NCBI GenBank assembly: GCA_964586145.1
Contig: CAZPHH010000003.1
Location: 2,068 to 66,067 of the forward strand
Length of the DNA: 64,000 bases
Reading direction: 5' to 3'
Source of the DNA: an uncultured Phycisphaeraceae bacterium
GTDB taxonomy: Bacteria > Planctomycetota > Phycisphaerae > UBA1845
This document shows positions 30,050 through 37,600 of the stretch, one piece after another; position 1 is the stretch's first letter, and the number at the start of each line of letters is the position of its first letter. Below the pieces are notes generated by a model, which searched no databases, was not told the DNA's origin, and worked only from the letters and a program-made list of their open reading frames with translations. A program made the translations under genes and the position numbers.

Positions 30050-32002
30050 TCAGTAATGCGGGAACCGCGTGTCGATGGGATGCACCCACACCCGGCAGAT
30101 GGCGGCGTCCGATCGCTCGAAACCTTCCACCGACCCCTCCCGATCCGTGGAATAGAGCCGTCGTCCGTCCGCCGCGCGGAACTCGTACAGCAGCGCCGTC
30201 GTCGCGGGTGGGTCCGCCGCATCCGTGGGCAGGGCGTGGAAGACGGCTTCATCGGCGCCATCGGCACGAGCGCGCAACGCAGAGTGGCCGGGCGCTTCCT
30301 CGACTTCCACTACCGGCACGGATCCCGGCACCGGCCGATCGAACGCCCAGAACGCGATCCGGCCATCGCTTGTCTGCAGGGCCTGCGATCCGATGGCCAG
30401 ACCCTGCGGGAGGCGTTCCGTCGGGTTCGATGGATTCGCACGACCGCCTGTCCGGTACACCGGGACCGGCAGGGCCAGCCGCGGATCGTCCAGGCTCAGC
30501 TTGTAGAGGATCTGGTTGTAATCGTAGCGGGGCGTGGGGACCTCCACGCCGGAGAACAGGGTGCTGTACGTGCCTTCGAAGAAGATGACCCGGCCGCCGT
30601 CCTGGTCGAGCATCGGGTGCTGCTTGGGGTTGTAGAAGCTGTACTTTGCGTGAGAGACGACTTTTGCCGCGTATACCCACGGGCCCAGCGGGGTGTCCGC
30701 CTCGGCGTGCCAGACTTCGCCCAGCAGCGACCTGCCACCCATCTCCAGGGCGATCAGCACCCAACGCCGGCGGTACTCGTTCCAGTACACCGTGCCCGAG
30801 TGGGCTTGCACCGGCTTGCCCGTGTCGCGATCGCGCAGGGGCAGCACGGCCTCTCGCGCGGTCAGCTTGCCTTCCTTCAGCAGCGTCGCTTCTTCAGCCG
30901 GCGTGACCGGGCGGGTGTTCCGCTTCCAACCGAGGCGAAGCGTGCCGTCCGGGGCACGGTCCAGCCGGACTTCGTTGGCCGGACAGCCTTCGACCAGGTA
31001 CGTGAAGCCTTCGTATTGCGACACGTCGCGGTAGGCTTCGGGCCGGGCGGGTACGCGGATGTAGGGGTAGGGCGTGGTGAAGTGGACGTACTCCTCGTCG
31101 CGGCCCTTGTGGAGCAGCGTGTGGCCCTGCGGATAGAGCGGGTGATCCGGTGGAAGCTCGCAGACCTTATCGAACTGCGTCTGCTCGTCGTTGAAGACCA
31201 CGATCCCCCTCTGCCAGGTCTCCAGGGACGCGGGCTTGATCTTCGCGTAGCCGGCGTACATCTGCTCGCCCTGGCCCGGCTCGTTCAGCACCACGAGGCC
31301 GCCGGCCCAGGTGGGGCCTTCGCCGGGCATGTTGCAGGTTTCTTTGGCGAACCCGGTCTTGTCGTTGACGAAGTAGCCCAGGCTGATGCCCACGTTGGCG
31401 TCCAAGCCATCCGCGGGCAACGGCGTGGTCGCACCGGGCACGTGGAAGTTGCCCAGCGGGTACGCCGGCCATGCGGTATCCCCCCAGAACCAGAAGATCC
31501 GGCCGCGATAGACGGCATTCAGCACGCTGTCCTGGCCCAGCACCCTGGCGTTGAGCACCGGATGCCGGATGGGCGCCGGCTTGCCCAGCAGCACGCTGTC
31601 GCGGTAGATGCCGCCCCCGGTGACACGGTAGAGCCGCTCCGCGATGTTGGTGCGTTTGACGGCGAGCTGCGTTTTGCCGCCCGGCGATACGGGCAGGGCC
31701 TTGCCCCGCATGCCGAATCCGTCCGCGGCGTGTTCGTACCCGTCGCCCTCCACGAAGAAGAACACCTTCTGGTCCATGAGCCCCGGCTCGAGGAACGCCA
31801 CGTAACCCTGGCTGTCGGTGACGTGGCGGACCTGGTTGACCGTCCGCAGCTCGATCAACGGCACGCCTCGCCCGGTGGCCTCGTCCACCACCTGTATCTC
31901 GAAGTATGGCGTTGCAGTGTCAGCCGGCTGATCGGCGGCCGCGGCCAACAGACAGACACAAATGCATGCAAACATGGCGCACCTCCGCGCAGCTCGAATC
32001 AT
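30050..32002 (-). CDS. secreted conserved hypothetical protein
   Basis: A signal peptide follows the ATG at 32002 (MIRAARRCAMFACICVCLLAAAA). The 650-aa body has GC3-biased coding character. No secure family call (there is an RIFWFWGDTAWP motif). Confidence 0.6.
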   Translation of the reverse strand: MIRAARRCAMFACICVCLLAAAADQPADTATPYFEIQVVDEATGRGVPLIELRTVNQVRHVTDSQGYVAFLEPGLMDQKVFFFVEGDGYEHAADGFGMRGKALPVSPGGKTQLAVKRTNIAERLYRVTGGGIYRDSVLLGKPAPIRHPVLNARVLGQDSVLNAVYRGRIFWFWGDTAWPAYPLGNFHVPGATTPLPADGLDANVGISLGYFVNDKTGFAKETCNMPGEGPTWAGGLVVLNEPGQGEQMYAGYAKIKPASLETWQRGIVVFNDEQTQFDKVCELPPDHPLYPQGHTLLHKGRDEEYVHFTTPYPYIRVPARPEAYRDVSQYEGFTYLVEGCPANEVRLDRAPDGTLRLGWKRNTRPVTPAEEATLLKEGKLTAREAVLPLRDRDTGKPVQAHSGTVYWNEYRRRWVLIALEMGGRSLLGEVWHAEADTPLGPWVYAAKVVSHAKYSFYNPKQHPMLDQDGGRVIFFEGTYSTLFSGVEVPTPRYDYNQILYKLSLDDPRLALPVPVYRTGGRANPSNPTERLPQGLAIGSQALQTSDGRIAFWAFDRPVPGSVPVVEVEEAPGHSALRARADGADEAVFHALPTDAADPPATTALLYEFRAADGRRLYSTDREGSVEGFERSDAAICRVWVHPIDTRFPHY

Positions 32003-32188
32003 CGTACACCGTACGCTCGCGGAGCGCCAAACGCAACGGACGTGGGAACGAACACCGCTGCATGGGTATTCTATCGTACTGAATACCAAGGCGGGACCGT
32101 ACCCCTGCAGAGTCCCCGACCGGCTGGAAGGCAGCCAAACGGTACCCACAGCTTTCCATCATGTCGAGTGCAGTATCGACCCCCTCGC

Positions 32189-34408
32189 CTATTCGGGCAG
32201 GATGGTGAAGCGGGTGGCTGTGGCGGGGCCGGCGGGGGTGGTGCAGCGGAGTTCGAATTGGCCGGGGGGCAGGGTTAACCGGTTTGCCTGGTCGGGGGGC
32301 AGGAGGCGGCCGTTCAGGAACCAGGTGAGGCCGGCGTCCCGGTTGGCACGGGGGCGGATGACGGTCTGGCCGCCGAGTGCCACAAATCTGGCACCGTTAC
32401 GCGGCGTGAGAATCTGCAGCGGACCGCCCAGTTCGGCCGGGCGGGGCAGCGGGTCGAGCACGGCCCAGAGCCTTGGCGGATCGGGGACCATGCTGGAGCG
32501 AATGGCCGGCAGGTCGAAGATGGCGCTCAGCAGCGGTTCGGCGGCGTGGGCCCCGACGTAGCCGGCGTGTCCGGCGCCGGAGAATCGACCGACCCAGACC
32601 CCGACGGCCACCCGGTGGTTGTGTCCGACGGCCCAGGCGTCGCGGCGGCGCGAACTGGTGCCGGTCTTCCACATGAACCAGGGAATCGTCTCGGCCGGCC
32701 ACGATTCCATGCCCTTGGGCCGGCGGTGTTCGGAAGAAAGAATGTCGTCGAGCGCGGCGCAGACGTCCGGCTCCAGCGCGCGCGCGGGGTTTGTGGGGTC
32801 GTCCATGAACAGCCGGGGCGCCTGGCGGAGGCCGCCGCGTCCGATGGTGGCGTAGCCGGTGACTAAGTCGAGAAGCGTTACTTCCGTCGCTCCGGTGACG
32901 ACGGCCAGTCCGCCGCGGGCGAGCACGTTGTCGGGCAGTCGCACGCCGGCGGATTCGATGAGGCCGGCGCAGCGGGCGAGGCCGACGGCCTCAGCCGTGA
33001 GGATCGCAGGTACGTTCAGCGACCGCTGGAGCGCCTCGGCGGCGGGCAGTGGGCCGCAGAAGGAGCGGTCGAAGTTTTCGGGCGACCAGCCGGCGCGGTC
33101 GATGGGGATGTCATACACGGTGGAATCTGGCGCAAGCCGGCGGGCCTGAAAGGCGGCGGCGTAGACGAACGGCTTGAGCGTTGAGCCGGGGCTGCGCCGG
33201 GCGATGACGCCGTTGACCTGGCCGTCGATGGGGTCGGCGGGGTCGGCGGAGCCGACCAGGGCGAGGATGTCGCCCGTGGAGATGTCCATAAGCAGCACGG
33301 CCACATTCGTGCCGGGGGGCAATGCGGCGGCGTGGGCTTTGACAAGTCGTTCCACGTTGGTTTGGAGAGTGGCGTGGATCGTGGTGCGGCCGCCGAGCGG
33401 GCGGCGGTGCAGCGCGAGCCAGGCGGCTTGGGGCGCGTGAATTTGGCGCGGCGCCGGCCGGAGGATGACGGGTTCGGCAACAGCCTGCTGCCATTGCGCG
33501 TGCGTGATGACGCCGGTTTCGAGCATTCGGTACAGGACCACGTTGCGGCGGGCCTTGGCGCGGTCGGGGTGGCGGTCGGGTCGGTAGCGGGCGGGGGATT
33601 GGGGCAGGCCGGCCAGGAGTGCGGCCTCGGAGAGAGTTAGCTCCGACGCGGGTCGGCCGAACCAGGCGAGCGACGCGGCCTGGACGCCGCGGAAGTTACG
33701 GCCATACGGGGCGAGGTTGAGGTACGCTTCGAGGATGTCGTCTTTGGATCGCAGGCGTTCCAGTTGGAGCGCGCGGAAGGACTCGGCGATTTTGGCGCGG
33801 AAGGAGCGTGGCCGGTCGTCCATCATGCGGCAGATTTGCATGGTCAGCGTGCTCGCGCCCGATTGGATGCCACAGGCCGCGATGTTCTGGCCGACGGCGC
33901 GGACGACGGAGATCGGATCGACGCCGGGGTGGAAGAAGAAGCGTTCATCCTCCGCGGCGATGGTGGCCTTGACGAGCCAGGGGGACATCTGGGTCAGCGG
34001 AATGGGGAATCGCCATTGTTCATCTTTGGCGACCAGGGTGAGCAGCACGCGGTCGGTGCGGTCGGTGACGCGCGGGCTGACCGGCCAGTTGTCGAGGCGC
34101 TCGATCGGGAATGGGAAGGCGAACCAGGCGACGGCGAAGGTGACAAGGGCGAGGGCCGCGAGGATGGCGGTCCATCTTGCTATCCTTCGATACCGGCCTT
34201 CCTTGTGGGACTGTTCTTCCTTGTGGGACCGGCTTTCTAGCCGGTCTCTTCCCTGCGTGCTGGGCCGAGAATCCCGTTCGGACGGGGACCGAGACGGGAT
34301 TCTCGGTCCAGCAGGCAGACCCCTAGACCGGCTAGAAAGCCGGTCCCACAAAGAGAGGCGGTCTCCTCGGGCACAAAGCCGTTGCCGCAGTCGGGAGATC
34401 AGTTTCAT
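32189..34408 (-). CDS. pbpC: penicillin-binding protein 1C (bifunctional transglycosylase/transpeptidase)
   Basis: GT51 motifs: AAEDERFFFHPGVDP, GASTLTMQ and RKIAE-like KIAESF. Transpeptidase motifs: SPGSTLKP and KTGTS. The C-terminus is a PbpC-type domain. The gene lies directly downstream of the A2M gene. The start is uncertain because codons 1 to about 75 run through REP-like repeats (ATG 34408 or TTG near 34350). Confidence 0.85.
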   Translation of the reverse strand: MKLISRLRQRLCARGDRLSLWDRLSSRSRGLPAGPRIPSRSPSERDSRPSTQGRDRLESRSHKEEQSHKEGRYRRIARWTAILAALALVTFAVAWFAFPFPIERLDNWPVSPRVTDRTDRVLLTLVAKDEQWRFPIPLTQMSPWLVKATIAAEDERFFFHPGVDPISVVRAVGQNIAACGIQSGASTLTMQICRMMDDRPRSFRAKIAESFRALQLERLRSKDDILEAYLNLAPYGRNFRGVQAASLAWFGRPASELTLSEAALLAGLPQSPARYRPDRHPDRAKARRNVVLYRMLETGVITHAQWQQAVAEPVILRPAPRQIHAPQAAWLALHRRPLGGRTTIHATLQTNVERLVKAHAAALPPGTNVAVLLMDISTGDILALVGSADPADPIDGQVNGVIARRSPGSTLKPFVYAAAFQARRLAPDSTVYDIPIDRAGWSPENFDRSFCGPLPAAEALQRSLNVPAILTAEAVGLARCAGLIESAGVRLPDNVLARGGLAVVTGATEVTLLDLVTGYATIGRGGLRQAPRLFMDDPTNPARALEPDVCAALDDILSSEHRRPKGMESWPAETIPWFMWKTGTSSRRRDAWAVGHNHRVAVGVWVGRFSGAGHAGYVGAHAAEPLLSAIFDLPAIRSSMVPDPPRLWAVLDPLPRPAELGGPLQILTPRNGARFVALGGQTVIRPRANRDAGLTWFLNGRLLPPDQANRLTLPPGQFELRCTTPAGPATATRFTILPE
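34221..34351. repeat. imperfect palindrome of about 131 bp built from two inverted REP-like hairpin elements plus an inner 13-bp inverted repeat
   Basis: The element ttgtgggaccggctttctagccggtct at 34221-34247 is repeated as its exact reverse complement at 34325-34351. An inner inverted repeat pairs ccgagaatcccgt (34265-34277) with acgggattctcgg (34294-34306). Confidence 0.85.
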
Positions 34409-34608
34409 CGGCCCACCACCAGCTTTCCCACTGGATGTCCTTGTGGGACCGGCTTTCCAGCCGGTCTCTGCTGCCGCAGTTGCCAGATCCGTTTCATCGG
34501 CCCACCACCAGCTTTCCCACTGGATGTCCTTGTGGGACCGGCTTTCCAGCCGGTCTCTGCTGCCGCAGTTGCCAGATCCGTTTCATCGGCCCACCACCAG
34601 CTTTCCGG
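34383..34608. repeat. 89-bp tandem direct repeat (about 2.5 units) spanning the A2M stop / pbpC start junction, each full unit carrying a REP-like hairpin
   Basis: The motif tttcatcggcccaccaccagctttcc recurs at 34403, 34492 and 34581 (period 89). The hairpin ttgtgggaccggctttccagccggtctc sits at 34441-34468 and 34530-34557. Confidence 0.9.
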
Positions 34609-37600
34609 CCCCGTGCATGGAGGCAAACCCGGGGTCGTACATGCACGACGCCTCGATCGGCGGCACAACGAATGAACCGGCGGAGACCGCACGCAGGCTG
34701 TAGCGGAACGTGCGGGCATCGCGGCCGACGGAGGTGAACAACAGCACGCGGTCGTCGAGGAACTCCACGCGGTCGGGCACGTCCGAAGGTTCGTCGGACG
34801 GCTCGGCACGGACGGAGGTGACCAGTCGCGGGTTCTCCACCTCCAGCCCGCCGGGCAGGGCATCGACAATGCAGACGTTGTCCACCGTCTGATGGCGGTC
34901 CAGGTTCGGGGCCGCCAGTTGCACCTCGACGATGATGAGGTCACCCGCCCGCACGCCGGCCGGGTCGATGGGGGTGCCGTCGCCGCTGAGCCACTTGCGG
35001 CGAACGGTGAGTTGGCGGTCGTAGGGCTTGACGGCATCATCGGCGGCCAGGCCGGTGTAGCTGACGGAGACGTAGATCGTTCCGGTCCCTTCGGATGCGA
35101 TCTGGATCGGGTGTTGCCCGCGGTCCCATGTAAGCGAGAAGGGTTCGGCGTCCGTGAACGGCATGGACACGTTGGGGCCGCTGACCGTGCCGCGGAAATC
35201 GGCCGGCTCCGCGGAAAGCGCCTGGTAGCGGGCGAGCGCCGCCAGGGCGCCGGCGGTTTCCAGCGTGTTGCCCCAGTGGCCGTCCTTTCGGGCGGTCTCC
35301 AGTCGCTGCACGAGGGGCACGATCCACGGATGGCTTGTGTCCAGATCGAGCAGCACGAGTAGCAGGGCGGCCTCCTGCTGAACTTGGGAAGTGATCCGTC
35401 CGCCCGTGGTGGCCACGATGGATTGTTCCAGAGTGTCGTCGGCGAGCACCTGTTCCGCCCGGTCGCGGCGGCCCGCGTCCAGCCAGGCGGCGGCCAGATG
35501 CGCCCGCCCGGCAATGTCGAGTTGGATGTTCGGTTCGCTGAGCCGGGTCATCCAACCCCGCGGCGGGCGGTCCCAGCCGGCCAGCACGTGGCAGATCATG
35601 GCCCGCAGATTGGCGTCGATGTTGTCGTTGCCGGTGTCGTTCAAAACGGATTCGAGGTACTTGCAAAGTTCCCCGGCAAATCGAGGTTCGACGGTGAAGC
35701 CCCGGCGCGATGCATAGAGCAGGAACTCGCCGGCGTACGCGGAGGCCCAAGCGTCCGCGTGAGCATCCCCCGGCCAATAGCTGAAACCGCCGGACCGGGT
35801 CTGCATGGACCAGAGCCTGAAGATGCCGGCCTGGATCAACGCCTTTGTGATGTCCTCGGGCCTGTCCGGCGTATCGGGCATGGGGAACAGGTCCGGCGCA
35901 TACAGCAGGGCGAACAGCCGGCTGGTCGTCTGTTCCAGGCAGCCGTACGGGTAGTCGAGCAGTTGCTGCAAGGCCGGGCGAAGCTGGACGACGGGGCGGG
36001 CCCCGACGCTGACGGCCGTCCGAACAGTCTCCGCGCGGAGCGTTTCCGGCGGCGTGAGCGTTACGGGATCGCCGGGCTTGACGGTCAGGAATTGACTCAC
36101 CGTGACCAGCGGTGCGGCGGGGCGGATGGCCACGTCCGCCCGCGCTGTGGCGGTCAGGGCTTCGCCGTCGACTGCCGTGGCGGTTGCCTGGATTTGAGCT
36201 TCCGCGGCGCCGAGAGTGCCGGCCGTGGCGGAGAACCAGATCGTGGACGACCCGCCCGGCGGAACGGCAACGCCCGGCCGTTGCGGCTCCGTCACGGTGA
36301 GCACGCCGGCGGGGGTGGAAATCTGCACGTCTGCCGTCAGCGGGCTTTCAGAGGTATTGAACAGCTTGACCGGCACGTCGAACGTGTCGCCCGGGGCGGC
36401 GAACCGCGGCCACGCGGATTCCACGAGGAGCGGCGCGGTGACGGTCAGGGCGTGTTCGGCGTGGCCGTAGAAGTCGTGGTCCGCGGCGACGCCCATGATG
36501 CGCATCTCGCCGGTGAGGTCCGGCAGCTTGAGGTCCGCGCGGGCGGTTCCGTCGGCGTCCAGCGGGACAACGGTTTGCCAGATGACCGCGGGCTCTCGGT
36601 GTCGGACGCCCACGGGGCTTCGCCGCATGGACTCTTCCGCGATGCCGTCACCGCCGATGCGGGTCATGTCGGCGGGTCGGAGGTAATCCGGCATGAGGTT
36701 GGCGAACAGATCGGCCGACCAGACGCCAGCCGTTCGCGGCGAGAGGAACCAGGCCAACGGGTCGGGCGTTTCGTACGCGGTGGTCAGCAGAATGCCTTCG
36801 TCGACGGCCCACAGGTGGAGATGGCCGGGTTGTTGTGGGTCGACCGGGGGTGAAATGCGAGCGATGACCTGGACGGATTGGCCGGGTCGAGCCTTGGCCG
36901 GGGCCTCGATGGTGATCGGCAGTTTGTGTGCGCTGTGGTCGGCGGTTAGCCGTGCGGTACCCATCGCGCGGTGCGGGAGCCATTGCGGCTCGTCGGGATT
37001 CAGCGGTCGGACGATGGTGGCGGTGACGAACCCGCCGCCGCGGATGGTCTCAGGAACGGTGAGGGGGACTTCGATGCCGTTGCTGGTCATGTCCACGACC
37101 TGCGTGCTCAGCACGCGGTCCGTTTCCAGCGTGAGCCAGAGCGTGCCGGGGAACGGGCTTCGCACGAGGACGCGAGCCTGCGACCCGGGCGCGTACTGGT
37201 CCCGATCGAGGATGACTTCCGCGCGTTCGGGCTGATCCAGGGCCACGGTGACGGCCGCGGCGGCGTCGCGAACGGCGTGGAACCCCAGCCGCGTCACGCT
37301 GCCGGAGGTCTCGTCCGTGACGTCAAGACGGTATTGCCCGGGCGTCGGGCAGCGAACCGCGAGGACTCCCTCGGCCGCCGGACCGGCGGGCACCGTGCCG
37401 GTTGCGACTTCCGTGAGGTCCTCGACGGACTTGAACACCCACCGGCCGCTCACCTGTTCGAGAACAGATTCGTACTCAACCCGTTGCAGCACATAGTGCA
37501 GCGCCCCGGGCTCAGCCGGCTCGTCGGCGTGTGAAACCTGGGTCCATCCGATCGCCACATCCTGATCCACGGGCACGAGGTGTCCGGCGGGGAGTCGCAG

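Noticed and set aside
34221-34608. A possible CRISPR array, because of the closely spaced direct repeats.
   Set aside because: There are only about 2.5 units, the 'spacers' are themselves identical, the repeats are palindromic REP-like hairpins, and no cas genes are present. It is a tandem duplication.
34405-35514. A 369-aa minus-strand ORF inside the A2M 3' region.
   Set aside because: It is an out-of-frame shadow of the A2M gene. Only its last 30 codons correspond to the duplicated junction mini-ORF discussed in the findings.
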